49,007 bases of DNA from positions 1-49,007 of the forward strand of contig JAPDJI010000021.1 in assembly GCA_029259155.1 (NCBI GenBank), in the 5' to 3' direction. Shown piece by piece: positions 16,143 to 25,656 of this stretch. The notes below the pieces were generated by a model, which was given only the letters and a program-made list of their open reading frames with translations, searched no databases and was not told the origin of the DNA. The first letter of the stretch is position 1; the number at the start of each line of letters is the position of its first letter. Made by a program: the position numbers and the translations under genes. Source of the stretch: Candidatus Methanomethylicia archaeon (GTDB taxonomy: Archaea > Thermoproteota > Methanomethylicia > Nezhaarchaeales > B40-G2).

Positions 16143-17054
16143 TAGGAGCTTCTTGGCGTTTTCACCAAGTATTTTTCTCCTAACCCTTAACGGTAAATCA
16201 AAGGAAACAGCCCAACGTACACAGTTAACCATTCCAGTCTTCCTATCACAGTATCCTCCGATAGCTGGATAATCTGAGCCGAAGAGCACCTTATCTTCAC
16301 CTATCCTCCTGACAGCCTCCTTGACAAGCCTTCGACTAAACACGGCAGCTATGTCTACGTATACGTTATCGTGGTGTCCAGCTACTTCCATGGCTTCCTC
16401 AAACCATATTCCAGGCATAAGGGCGCTGTAGCTGCCCATGTGCGCCATGACTATCTTAAGACCCGGATACCTTGAAGCCACTTTCTCTATATGCTTAGGA
16501 TTGGAGTGCGCTGAAAGCCTAGGATCCTCCCATGGCCCAGGATCGCAGCCAGTATGTATAGTCACTATTAAGCCTTCGCGATAAGCTAACTTAAACAGCG
16601 GGTCTAGGTTTTCATCTGCTGGGTTGAAAAACTGGATGGTAGGTAGCAGCTTTAGACCTTTAAATCCATAGTCTTTAATGATGCCTATCTTCTCTTCTAG
16701 GCTTTCCTCGCTCAGGTGTGGATTTATGGAGCCGAAGCCCACCACTCTGCCTGAAGAGCGCTTCACGTACTCTTTCACTTCTTCGTTAGGAGTGTTTACC
16801 ATCCTAAGTATCATTCTACCCATACTTTTATGATGTGAGCTCCAGCTCTCCATGAAGTGTTCGTAGCCTTCAGGGTCTAACTCCACCGCGAACATAACCA
16901 CGTAGTCTACCCCTGCCTCGTCCATCCTAGCGAGGAGCTCTTCCACAAGTGAAGGGCTGAAAGAGTGAGGGTAGCGATGATCATAATCGAGCGCGTCGGG
17001 AGGATGAATATGGCTATCTATAACCAGTAGTTTTTCCCCTTCAACCTCTATCAA
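16134..17054 (-). CDS. amidohydrolase_2 family metal-dependent hydrolase
   Basis: IDSHIH, IHTG, AHMG and LFGSDYP motifs; ILGENAKKLL C-terminus. Confidence 0.9.
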   Translation of the reverse strand: MIEVEGEKLLVIDSHIHPPDALDYDHRYPHSFSPSLVEELLARMDEAGVDYVVMFAVELDPEGYEHFMESWSSHHKSMGRMILRMVNTPNEEVKEYVKRSSGRVVGFGSINPHLSEESLEEKIGIIKDYGFKGLKLLPTIQFFNPADENLDPLFKLAYREGLIVTIHTGCDPGPWEDPRLSAHSNPKHIEKVASRYPGLKIVMAHMGSYSALMPGIWFEEAMEVAGHHDNVYVDIAAVFSRRLVKEAVRRIGEDKVLFGSDYPAIGGYCDRKTGMVNCVRWAVSFDLPLRVRRKILGENAKKLLSL

Positions 17055-17056
17055 CC

Positions 17057-18313
17057 TTAACCCTCCAAGTATGGCGTCCCTCTCTCCAATATCCCTTCAG
17101 CCATACGCTGAAGCGTTGGCGGCAAGACTCCTTTCTCAGCAGCTAACTCTCTGACCTTCAGTACAAGTTTAGGTGTATCGATACCCATGGGACATACCTC
17201 TCTACACCTACCGCATAATGTGCATGTAAATGCCTGCAACGCTGCCGCCTCTAAGCCTCTCGTGAAAAGAGTCCAGGCGGTCCCAAACCCTCCCATGTAA
17301 GGTCCTTCTCCACTGAAGAACCCTCCCGCAGCATTCCATACTGGGCATACGTAAAGGCACCCTCCGCACTTAATACACGTAAGAGCCTCCTTGAACTCTG
17401 GATGGTCCAACATCGAGAACCGACCGTTATCTAACAGGATGACATGTAGCTCGGAGGGACCTGAAGCTGGCGACACCGTTATTCGCTCTATGTCGTTGGA
17501 GCGGCTGAGGCCTATCGTGCTCATGAAAGTAACCGTGGCTCCTCCTGTGGCATATACTGGGACTACCTTAGAGTACAGCTCGCAAGTATATCGGTCAGGC
17601 ATTATCTTCTCTATTCCCGCCAACACGATGTGTTTTTCAGGGAGTGTTGTGACAAGCCTATCGTTAGCCTCGTTGGTAAGTATGTAGATTAGCCCAACGT
17701 CAGCTGCTATGGCATTTGCTCCAGAGAAACCTACCTTAACCTCCAATGCTTTACGTCTAACAAAGCTCCTAACAAATGACACCAGCTCCTTGGGGTCGTC
17801 AGGAAGTTTCCTGCCAGCCAGCTTAGAGTAAGCTTCAGCCGCTCTTCTCCGAGATACTGTTATAGAGACTCCTGTAGGGTGAGAAGGCTTCCACTTTAAG
17901 AGCTGTAAGAGGATGGCTCCTACATCGGTCTCCCAGACCTGAACGCCGTGTCTCTCAAGGTACTCGTTTAGCTCGATTTCCTCGCTGGTAAGGCTTTTAA
18001 CTTTTAGTAACTCCTTTTCCTCTCCCATAAGCTCCAGTATGAGCCTATTTGCTTCCTCGGCATCCTTAGCTAAGTAAACATTCATGCCCTGCTCCTTCAT
18101 GGAATCCATGGCTTGCCCTACAAGTTCCCTAACCCTACTTAACGTCTCTCTACGTATCTCCTTCAACTCCTCTGCCCACTCCTTTACTTTAAGCCTCCTT
18201 AAGGAAGCCTCCTTCCTAGCCATGTACTTGTCCACAGCCCTCGCCACGGCAGCTCTATGCTCCTCGTCAAGAGCTGCCTCCACAATTTGTTTGAAGTACT
18301 TCTCAAAGCTCAT
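17057..18313 (-). CDS. LUD-domain / 2x[4Fe-4S] protein (LutB/LldF family)
   Basis: KSLTSEEI, ETDVG, PSH, GANA, GIEK, GPSELHVILLDNGR, CIKCGGCLYVCP and CTLCGRCREVCP. Confidence 0.88.
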   Translation of the reverse strand: MSFEKYFKQIVEAALDEEHRAAVARAVDKYMARKEASLRRLKVKEWAEELKEIRRETLSRVRELVGQAMDSMKEQGMNVYLAKDAEEANRLILELMGEEKELLKVKSLTSEEIELNEYLERHGVQVWETDVGAILLQLLKWKPSHPTGVSITVSRRRAAEAYSKLAGRKLPDDPKELVSFVRSFVRRKALEVKVGFSGANAIAADVGLIYILTNEANDRLVTTLPEKHIVLAGIEKIMPDRYTCELYSKVVPVYATGGATVTFMSTIGLSRSNDIERITVSPASGPSELHVILLDNGRFSMLDHPEFKEALTCIKCGGCLYVCPVWNAAGGFFSGEGPYMGGFGTAWTLFTRGLEAAALQAFTCTLCGRCREVCPMGIDTPKLVLKVRELAAEKGVLPPTLQRMAEGILERGTPYLEG

Positions 18314-19029
18314 CCTTGTTCCTCCAGTCTAGAGAGTAGATAACTGCCTAGATCTACCACCTCTACTCCTCTATTCGTCAAGGCTTTACGCCTCTCAGCA
18401 GCTATACTCAAGTTTAGTAGACAGGCTGGACAGGCGGTCACCAGCTTAGATACACCTATAGGCTCAACGTCCCTCTCTAGCCTAATCTCAGCTATAGTTA
18501 GGCAAAGCTCAGGGGCTAATGCCCAAAGCCCTCCTCCACCACCACAACACATCGCCATGTCCTTAGAGGTGAGGGGCTCAACTAACTCTGCAACGGCTCT
18601 AAGAGCCTCCCTAGGCTCATCGTAAACTCCACTCATTCTCCCCAGCTCGCAGGGGTCATGGTAAGCCACCTTCTCCTTTTGATTGGATATGGAGGTTTTT
18701 CTCAAGGCTTCAGCGGCTACTTGAGAAAGATGTCTAATAGGAGGGAGTTCCACGCTTACCTTTTCATAAGCCTTAAAGGCATGATAACACCCTGCACACT
18801 CCGTTACGACGAAGTCCACGTTGTTTTCTCTCAGGAGCTTAGATACCTTAACTGCGTTGTCCTTAAATTCACGGCTCTTACCCATGAGAAGAAGAGGGTC
18901 GCCACAACATAGCTCTCTCGTCAATCGCTTTGTCCTAAATCCTAGCTTCTCTAACAATTTAAGGTGGTCCTCCACCACCTCAGGGAATCTATACCTAAAG
19001 GTACAACCAGCCCAGTATAGAATGTCCAT
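18310..19029 (-). CDS. CCG-domain Fe-S oxidoreductase subunit (LutA/GlcF/HdrD-like)
   Basis: WAGC, CCG, ECAGC, YHDPCELGR, CCGGGGG and ACPAC motifs. Confidence 0.88.
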   Translation of the reverse strand: MDILYWAGCTFRYRFPEVVEDHLKLLEKLGFRTKRLTRELCCGDPLLLMGKSREFKDNAVKVSKLLRENNVDFVVTECAGCYHAFKAYEKVSVELPPIRHLSQVAAEALRKTSISNQKEKVAYHDPCELGRMSGVYDEPREALRAVAELVEPLTSKDMAMCCGGGGGLWALAPELCLTIAEIRLERDVEPIGVSKLVTACPACLLNLSIAAERRKALTNRGVEVVDLGSYLLSRLEEQG

Positions 19030-19049
19030 GTCTCAGTCTAGCTGAGACA
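19029..19049. promoter_or_regulatory. perfect 8-5-8 inverted repeat between the TATA box and start codon of the CCG-LUD-amidohydrolase operon
   Basis: TGTCTCAG-TCTAG-CTGAGACA; minus-strand GAAAA-TTTATTG lies just upstream. Confidence 0.5.
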
Positions 19050-19074
19050 CTTTCTGTCCTCAATAAATTTTCCG

Positions 19075-19275
19075 CTAACCAAACATTCGGGCTTCTTCAA
19101 CCATCATTCTCCTGGGCCTTTCCCAAAGCTCCTTCCTTAGAAGATCCCTTATTGCTACCCTTATAGCCTCGCTTCGGTTAGGGTAAAACTTAAGGTCTAC
19201 CAGCTTGTTAAGACCCTCGATATAAGCGTCAGGTAAGTGTACCGTGAGGATCTTTAAATCGCTCTTTGATGGCAC
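19075..19275 (-). CDS. small ribbon-helix-helix regulator, CdrS/aCcr1-like
   Basis: KILTVHLP...LNKLV...YPNRSEAIRVAIRDLL; GTG start at 19275 behind GGTG. Confidence 0.85.
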   Translation of the reverse strand: MPSKSDLKILTVHLPDAYIEGLNKLVDLKFYPNRSEAIRVAIRDLLRKELWERPRRMMVEEARMFG

Positions 19276-19326
19276 AGCATACACCAAAAATCTAATCAAC
19301 GCGATAACTATTAAATCTTCGTATCA

Positions 19327-19373
19327 TTACGGTAGTCTTACGGTAATACTGGGCACCTTCAGAGCACCTTCAG
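19327..19373. repeat. two pairs of direct repeats with 11-bp period in the divergent promoter
   Basis: TTACGGTA at 19327 and 19338; GCACCTTCAG at 19353 and 19364. Confidence 0.7.
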
Positions 19374-19499
19374 TGGCTTCTCCAACTTATCTAAAAATCT
19401 AGATAGGTAGGTTTAGGTACTTATACCCTTAATGTAACCGATGTGACAGGAGGTAATGCTTAATAATCAGCCCTCTCCCTCTTTTAAAAAGAGGAAACG

Positions 19500-20018
19500 A
19501 TGAAAATCAATGAAAGAGAACGCTTAGAATGGGCATATAGAGAGTGGCGCGAAGGAAAGAGAAGTTTACGGCAGCTCGAGAAGGAACTTGGAATATCAAG
19601 GTCTAAGCTTAGTCGAGAATTTAAGAAAATGGAGGAAGGACGGAGACCGAGGGATAAAGGGGAGCTTTACGCAACCGCTTTCAAGTATATAGAGAACATT
19701 GTGGATACCGAAGGAGGAGCTATCAGGGAATCGGTAGTGTTAGGGCTGATCAAGGAGTTTAAGGTTACTCCTGAGACCGCTGAGGACATTGTTAGTTGGT
19801 ACTGTAAGCTTCAAGGAAGAGCCAGAGCTAAGAGCTGTGCCCACGCAAATGTCGTAGAAGCTCCTCACGGTCTCGTGGTTTACTGCAAACTTAAACATGT
19901 CGGTGGCGGCGAGGCTGGAGGTGAACCTAGGTACTATGAGGCGATTAACGAAGAGAACTGTGCTCTCTGTGCCTTCTATGAGAGAGCGCCAATAAAGAGC
20001 GTTAGACACCGCCTCTAA
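19500..20018 (+). CDS. hypothetical protein with an N-terminal HTH and a C-terminal Cys/His putative Zn site
   Basis: SLRQLEKELGISRSKLSR; CAH...YC...CALC; GAGG ribosome-binding site. Confidence 0.75.
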   Translation: MKINERERLEWAYREWREGKRSLRQLEKELGISRSKLSREFKKMEEGRRPRDKGELYATAFKYIENIVDTEGGAIRESVVLGLIKEFKVTPETAEDIVSWYCKLQGRARAKSCAHANVVEAPHGLVVYCKLKHVGGGEAGGEPRYYEAINEENCALCAFYERAPIKSVRHRL

Positions 20019-20926
20019 CTCTTCAGTTCTTGTCCCGTAAAGTAGAGGTACGCTTCCTCGACATGTTCTAGCTCTATTACCTCTACATGGTATCCTTGAG
20101 AATGTAGATACTCCTCTACGTCTACATATCTTAGCTCATAACGCTCTATCACTAGACCGGGCATTGGGTTTTCTCTTACCACTACCCAAATCGGTGCTAA
20201 TCTCTGTCCATTAGGTATTATGAACAGCTTTCCTCCTCCCCTGGCAGCTGCTAGCGCCTTTTCGAGTATTCCCCCCACCCACCCTATGCTGCCGTCCGGG
20301 TTAATGGTCCCCGTCATGTAGACGGAAGCGTTTAATGTTTCTCCTCTTATGGCTGATATTACCGCGACGGTTATGGCTGCCCCAGCACTTGGACCATCAA
20401 CTACCTCTATACGCTCTTCTTCACTACTCCTAACCCTAACGACTACATCAGTTTCATTCAAGGAAACTCCTGTCAGCTGCTCTGCTACTTGGACGGCTGT
20501 TCTAACGCTTGCCTGTAGATCTATCCCTATTCTAGGCTCTGTATCTACTAGTATCCTACCGCTGCCTTGAAGCAGCTTAACTTCACATTGCAGCGTGACT
20601 CCTTCAAGTCCTGTAGGTGTGGACTTTACAGCTACTAGGTTTACGGTGGAGGCTCCTTGAATCCATCCCTCCTCGCCGCTCCACGTAGCATTAGGGAGAT
20701 TTTCTGCTAAGTTTTTGTAAAATTCTAGTTGACTAAGGGTGAGGTTTAACTGATAGCTTAACTCAGCTACCTTAGCTGATAGTTCTTCAGAGGTTTCAGC
20801 GTAACTTTGAAGCTTGGTGCTTACATCGTTAAGCAGGTGGAGCTGGCTAAGGTAAGCGACCGTCAGGATGGAGTTGATGGCGATGCTTAAGACGAGAAGG
20901 GTTGCTAATAGATTTCCGTGCCTCAA
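20015..20926 (-). CDS. membrane-anchored Lon-like S16 serine protease (protease domain only)
   Basis: N-terminal TM, coiled coil, VDGPSAGAA (Ser), TGTINPDG and VGGILEKA (Lys). Confidence 0.9.
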   Translation of the reverse strand: MRHGNLLATLLVLSIAINSILTVAYLSQLHLLNDVSTKLQSYAETSEELSAKVAELSYQLNLTLSQLEFYKNLAENLPNATWSGEEGWIQGASTVNLVAVKSTPTGLEGVTLQCEVKLLQGSGRILVDTEPRIGIDLQASVRTAVQVAEQLTGVSLNETDVVVRVRSSEEERIEVVDGPSAGAAITVAVISAIRGETLNASVYMTGTINPDGSIGWVGGILEKALAAARGGGKLFIIPNGQRLAPIWVVVRENPMPGLVIERYELRYVDVEEYLHSQGYHVEVIELEHVEEAYLYFTGQELKS

Positions 20927-21160
20927 TTAGCTTCCCCCTAGTCTTGAAGAGGATTAATCGGTAATCTTAAACTTCTCGGGGTGGACTTAAACAACGCACA
21001 GTTGATACAAAAGCTCTTCCTAAATCATGCATTGTTGGCCTGAGGAGGCTAAGAAGGCTAGGCCTTAAACCTCTCTTGCCTGCCTTCCTCGCCATGTCCG
21101 AACTTCAAGTTGGGCCACAAAGTTTTTAGCCGTCGCAGGTACATTAAACCGGGAATTATT

Positions 21161-21970
21161 TTGCCATTGCTGTTTCTAGATTTATCAACACTGATCTTTG
21201 GCATCCTCCTGCTCTTCATCGTCCTTTCGCTGCTTTCAGCCAGCGTCAAGGTAGTTAAGGAATATGAGAGAGCAGTCATCTTCAGACTAGGCAGACTGCT
21301 AGGTGCTAAGGGACCCGGCATCTTCCTCATTATACCTGGTGCTGACAAGTTCTACAAGATAGATCTTAGAGTGACGGTAGTTGACGTACCTAAACAAAGG
21401 ATTATAACTAAGGATAATGTAAGCGTGGACGTTGACGCTGTGGTTTACTACAGGGTTTTTGACCCTATTAAGGCAATCACCGTCGTAGAGGACTATAACC
21501 ATGCTTGCCAACTTCTATCTCAAACAACCCTCAGAGACGTATTGGGCCAGGTAGAGCTAGACGACTTACTGGCTAGGAGGGATGAACTTAATAAGAGGCT
21601 TCAAAGCATCATAGATGCAGCTACAGACCCATGGGGCATCAAGGTTACGGCGGTAACAATAAAGGATGTCTCCCTCCCTGAGACGATGTTCAGGGCCATG
21701 GCTAAACAAGCTGAAGCCGAGCGTGAACGGAGAGGTAGAATAATAGTGGCTGAAGGAGAGCTTCAAGCAGCTAAAATAATGGCTGAGGCCGCTAAAGAAT
21801 ACCAGGAGCGGCTTATTGCCTTAAGGTTGAGGGAGCTCCAGACGCTTTACGATATCGCTAGAGAGCGTAACTTGATAGTAATAGCTCCTGCATCGTTTAC
21901 GATGGCAGGCGAGGTCGTAGGTCTCACGAAAGGTTTACTGCAACAGGAGAAGCAACGGGAGAGGCAGTGA
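21161..21970 (+). CDS. SPFH/band 7 (slipin, stomatin-like) protein
   Basis: EYERAVIFRLGR, ITKDNV, QTTLR and AMAKQAEAERERR; start placed at the TTG at 21161 (ORF opens at 21110). Confidence 0.93.
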   Translation: MPLLFLDLSTLIFGILLLFIVLSLLSASVKVVKEYERAVIFRLGRLLGAKGPGIFLIIPGADKFYKIDLRVTVVDVPKQRIITKDNVSVDVDAVVYYRVFDPIKAITVVEDYNHACQLLSQTTLRDVLGQVELDDLLARRDELNKRLQSIIDAATDPWGIKVTAVTIKDVSLPETMFRAMAKQAEAERERRGRIIVAEGELQAAKIMAEAAKEYQERLIALRLRELQTLYDIARERNLIVIAPASFTMAGEVVGLTKGLLQQEKQRERQ

Positions 21971-23313
21971 GATCTTTAACCTACTGTTTTATTTTATTGT
22001 TATCCATAGCCCTCTTGGCTAGTCAAGCATCTGCCCATGAGAACGGTGAAGTTATAGCTGTGCACGTTCAAGACGTTATTACTCAGGCTACCTATGAGGA
22101 GGTAGCGGGAGCTTTAAATCTAGCTAAGGAACGTGGCTGTCCTCTCCTCATACTTTTGAACACGCCGGGGGGTTCATTGGATGTTACCATTAAACTCGTG
22201 GAGCAGCTTCTCAATTCTCCTATCCCTGTAGTGGTTTACGTGTATCCTAGAGGCGCTACTGCTTGGTCGGCCGGCTCTTTCATCTTGTTGGCCTCTCACA
22301 TAGCTGCTATGTCGCCGGGCACCGTTGTAGGCTCAGCTCAACCTGTTAGCTACAGCCCCTTTACAGGCTCGGAGCCTATTACTGAGTCTAAGGTCTTAAA
22401 CGCTGTCGCCGAGTATGTGGAGGAAGTGGCTAGGGCTAGAGGGCGTAATGCCACGGCTGCGAGACTTTTCGTTACTGAGAACCTTAACTTAGGAGGCAGT
22501 GAAGCCTTACAGATAGGTGTGATTGACTTATTAGCCTCAGACGTTGATGAGCTCTTAGCTGAGCTTGAGGGGGTCGTAGTAGAGGTAGATGGCCAAAACT
22601 ATACCCTTAGGACACAGGGAGCAGCCTTGGTGATGTATGAAGGCGGAATTAGGATTACGATCATGTCACTGCTCTCAAACCCTCTCCTGGCCTCTATCAT
22701 GTTCCTGGCCGGCCTCTATGGCCTGATTTTTGGCTTGGCTTATGCCCAACCCGCCTCAGCGGTTATCGGAGGCTTACTTGTCATCTTAAGCTTGATAGGG
22801 CTCGGTTTTAACGTCAACATAGTCTCTATTCTACTTGTAATGCTAGGTGTTCTACTGCTCTTCATCGAGCTCTTCGTCATCCCTGGCTTTGGAGCTATAG
22901 GTATGACCGGTATAGTTATGATGGTGATAGGGGCCCTCCTCTCTCCATTAAGCATTGACCCTTCGCAGTGGGCCATACACCCAGAGTGGTACAATAAACT
23001 GGCGGTGATTAGCCTAGCTATTGTTGCCCCGCTTCTAGCCTTTTCGGTCTTTGCTCTCTACAAGGTTTTGAAGGCTAAGAGGCTTAGGCCGAAGCTTTAC
23101 ATAGCTGGCCTCGTAGGGCAGGAGGCGATAGCCTTGGATGAGCTAGGTCCTGGCAAAGAGGGTTTTGTTAGGTGTGCAGGTGAGTATTGGGCTGCGTCTT
23201 CCGATGAATACGTGAAACCTGGAGAAAGGGTGATTGTTGTAGGAAAGGAGGGCTCTAAGCTTATAGTTAAGAGGATCGAGGGCGAAGAAGAGGGCGTACG
23301 AGATGAGTCTTGA
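21967..23313 (+). CDS. nfeD: NfeD family membrane-bound serine protease (long form)
   Basis: NTPGG, AWSAG, AAMSPGTVVGSAQP, TM block and C-terminal OB domain with GEYW. Confidence 0.92.
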   Translation: MRSLTYCFILLLSIALLASQASAHENGEVIAVHVQDVITQATYEEVAGALNLAKERGCPLLILLNTPGGSLDVTIKLVEQLLNSPIPVVVYVYPRGATAWSAGSFILLASHIAAMSPGTVVGSAQPVSYSPFTGSEPITESKVLNAVAEYVEEVARARGRNATAARLFVTENLNLGGSEALQIGVIDLLASDVDELLAELEGVVVEVDGQNYTLRTQGAALVMYEGGIRITIMSLLSNPLLASIMFLAGLYGLIFGLAYAQPASAVIGGLLVILSLIGLGFNVNIVSILLVMLGVLLLFIELFVIPGFGAIGMTGIVMMVIGALLSPLSIDPSQWAIHPEWYNKLAVISLAIVAPLLAFSVFALYKVLKAKRLRPKLYIAGLVGQEAIALDELGPGKEGFVRCAGEYWAASSDEYVKPGERVIVVGKEGSKLIVKRIEGEEEGVRDES

Positions 23314-24151
23314 TAGGCTTGAGGACCTAGCTTATTTATTAATCAAGAAAAGCGTCACTACTCTACCTGATGACGTCAAACTTTCTCTTCGAAAGGCTTT
23401 AAGCTCCGAGAAGAGTGAAGTAGGCAGGAAACAGCTTGAAACTATTCTCCTAAACATTGAGCTAGCAGAGGCTGAAGAGCTTCCTCTATGTCAGGATACA
23501 GGTTTATTCAGCTTCTATATCGATCTCGATCCCCGTGTATATGATCCCCTAAAGGTTAAGAAAGTACTAGTGGAGGCTTTGAGGAGGGCTACCATTGAGA
23601 TTCCCTTAAGACCAAACGCCGTTCACCCCTTAACAAGGGAAAACAGTGGAGACAACGTGGGCTTAGGTATTCCTTATTTCGAATGGACATTTAATCGTGA
23701 AGGTTACCTAGAGCTCACAGTAGCTCCTAAAGGTGCTGGCTCCGAAAACATGACTAAGCTAGCTATGCTTCCGCCTCACGCTGGGCTGAAGGGGATTATC
23801 AAGTTCGTGGTGGACTCCGTCGTACAGGCTGGTGGCGCACCTTGCCCTCCTACAGTCTTAGGGGTGGGGGTTGGTGGCTTGGCGGAGGAAGCGCTGAAGC
23901 TAGCTAAACAAGCTCTATTAAGGCCGCTGAGCCAGCCTAACCCTGACCCTGAACTAAGGAGGCTTGAAGCTCTCCTGCTTGAAAAAGTCAACGAGACAGG
24001 TGTAGGGCCTATGGGATTAGGAGGTAGCGTGACGGCCTTAGCGGTCCATGTAAACTATGCTCATACACACACGGCAAGTCTACCTGTAGCTTTAGCTTTT
24101 CAGTGCTGGGCTACGCGTCGAGCAACGTTAAGGGTGGAGGGCTCGCCTTGA
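23303..24151 (+). CDS. Fe-S class I fumarate hydratase / tartrate dehydratase, alpha subunit
   Basis: PLCQDTG, LRPN, PKGAGSEN, PCPP, GPMGLGG and QCWA motifs. Confidence 0.9.
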   Translation: MSLDRLEDLAYLLIKKSVTTLPDDVKLSLRKALSSEKSEVGRKQLETILLNIELAEAEELPLCQDTGLFSFYIDLDPRVYDPLKVKKVLVEALRRATIEIPLRPNAVHPLTRENSGDNVGLGIPYFEWTFNREGYLELTVAPKGAGSENMTKLAMLPPHAGLKGIIKFVVDSVVQAGGAPCPPTVLGVGVGGLAEEALKLAKQALLRPLSQPNPDPELRRLEALLLEKVNETGVGPMGLGGSVTALAVHVNYAHTHTASLPVALAFQCWATRRATLRVEGSP

Positions 24152-24747
24152 AGCTTTTGTGCACTCCTCTTTCTGAAGGGGATGTGGAGACTCTCAAAGC
24201 TGGAGATTATGTTTGGCTCAGCGGTCTAATAGTAGTAGCTAGGGATCAAGCCCACGCTAGAATGCTTAGCCTCCTAGACGAGGGGAAGCCTCTACCCGTC
24301 AACCTCAAAGGATTGGTCGTATACCATGCTGGACCGATAGCGTTGAGGGAAGGAGAAAGTTGGAGGGTTCTGTCCATTGGTCCTACAACCTCCTCAAGGT
24401 TTGAAAAACAAGCTGTTAACTTGGCTGCAAAAACAGGGGTTAAGATGCTGGTAGGTAAAGGAGGTTTGAGTCCACGGAGCGCTGAGGTTCTACGTAAGGC
24501 AAAAGCAGTTTACTGCGCTTACCCGGGAGGAGTGGGAGTCTTACCTGCTAAGTCCATAGTTGAAGTAGTGGAGGTACATTGGTTAGACTTAGGCGTGCCT
24601 GAGGCTTTATGGATATTGAAAGTTGAGAAGCTTGGACCGCTACTAGTTGCCATCGACCTACACGGTGGAGACCTTTACAGGGATGTGGCCAGTAAGGTGA
24701 AAAGTAACTTGGAGAAAATAAATGATGAGTTGGGGCTTAACTTCTAG
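24148..24747 (+). CDS. Fe-S class I fumarate hydratase / tartrate dehydratase, beta subunit
   Basis: ARDQAH, YHAGP, GPTTSSR, GKGG and DLGVPEA motifs; TTGA overlap with the alpha gene. Confidence 0.9.
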   Translation: MKLLCTPLSEGDVETLKAGDYVWLSGLIVVARDQAHARMLSLLDEGKPLPVNLKGLVVYHAGPIALREGESWRVLSIGPTTSSRFEKQAVNLAAKTGVKMLVGKGGLSPRSAEVLRKAKAVYCAYPGGVGVLPAKSIVEVVEVHWLDLGVPEALWILKVEKLGPLLVAIDLHGGDLYRDVASKVKSNLEKINDELGLNF

Positions 24748-25654
24748 GAGGCAGCCCTAGCTTCTCTGCAGCTTCGTCTACTCGGCGTTGGATGAACTCG
24801 ATCTCCTTGTCGGTTAAGTGCGCAAACCGACCCTGTGTCCTCAAGTAAAGCTCCACTGGCTTACGCCGAGAAGGCCTTATGGTTAACCTTAGCTTCCCAT
24901 CCTCCACCTCGTAGATAGGTAGCACACCGGTTTCCACGCCTAGCCTAAGTACCTCGAGAGCTTTTTCAGACGGTATTCTCCAGCCAGGTGGACAGGAGCA
25001 GAAGATGTGAAGGTAAGCAGGTCCTTCTACCTCTGCTGCTTTTTTAGCTTTATTGACTAAGTCCAAAGCGTAGGCAGGTGTAGCTGTGGCCACGTAAGGT
25101 ATATTGTGAGCCGCGGCGATTGAAGGCATGTCTTTCTTCCACGTTCTCTGCCCTATGCTTACGCTGCCCGGCGGCGACGTAGTGGTCCAAGCACCGTATG
25201 GGGTTGAGCTGGATCTTTGGATTCCCGTGTTCATGTATGCCTCGTTATCAAGACATATGTAGACGAAGTCATGCCACCTCTCTAGGGCGCCAGATAACGC
25301 TTGAAGACCTATATCGGCAGTTCCTCCATCGCCTGCGAGCGCCACTACGTGAATCCTTTCCCTCTCTAGCCTCCCCTTTCTCATCAAGGTTTTGAGAGCT
25401 GCCTCAATGCCTGAAGCTACGGACGCAGCGTTCTCGAAGGCTACGTGATACCATGGAACCTTCCACGCCGTGTAAGGATAAGGTGTGGACACCACCTCAG
25501 AGCAGCCGGTCGCGTTTGCAACTATACAGTTGGGGCCTATGCCTTTCAACGCTAACCTAATGGCTAAGGCCTCGGTACATCCTTGACAAGCTCTATGCCC
25601 AGGAGCGAAGAGCTCTTCTTTAGGCAGCTCCTTAATGGACTTGTAGTATGCCAT
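24737..25654 (-). CDS. porB: pyruvate/2-ketoisovalerate:ferredoxin oxidoreductase beta subunit
   Basis: [32 protein letters not shown] and CPPGW motifs. Confidence 0.92.
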   Translation of the reverse strand: MAYYKSIKELPKEELFAPGHRACQGCTEALAIRLALKGIGPNCIVANATGCSEVVSTPYPYTAWKVPWYHVAFENAASVASGIEAALKTLMRKGRLERERIHVVALAGDGGTADIGLQALSGALERWHDFVYICLDNEAYMNTGIQRSSSTPYGAWTTTSPPGSVSIGQRTWKKDMPSIAAAHNIPYVATATPAYALDLVNKAKKAAEVEGPAYLHIFCSCPPGWRIPSEKALEVLRLGVETGVLPIYEVEDGKLRLTIRPSRRKPVELYLRTQGRFAHLTDKEIEFIQRRVDEAAEKLGLPPRS

Positions 25655-25656
25655 CT

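Noticed and set aside
19327-19373. Mini-CRISPR or origin (ORB) repeats
   Set aside because: Repeats are only 8-10 bp with 1-3 bp gaps; no cas or orc1/cdc6 gene and no ORB G-string.
20927-21110. Possible small ORF (MHCWPEEAKKARP) or ncRNA in the Lon/SPFH spacer
   Set aside because: Too short, no ribosome-binding site or recognisable RNA structure.
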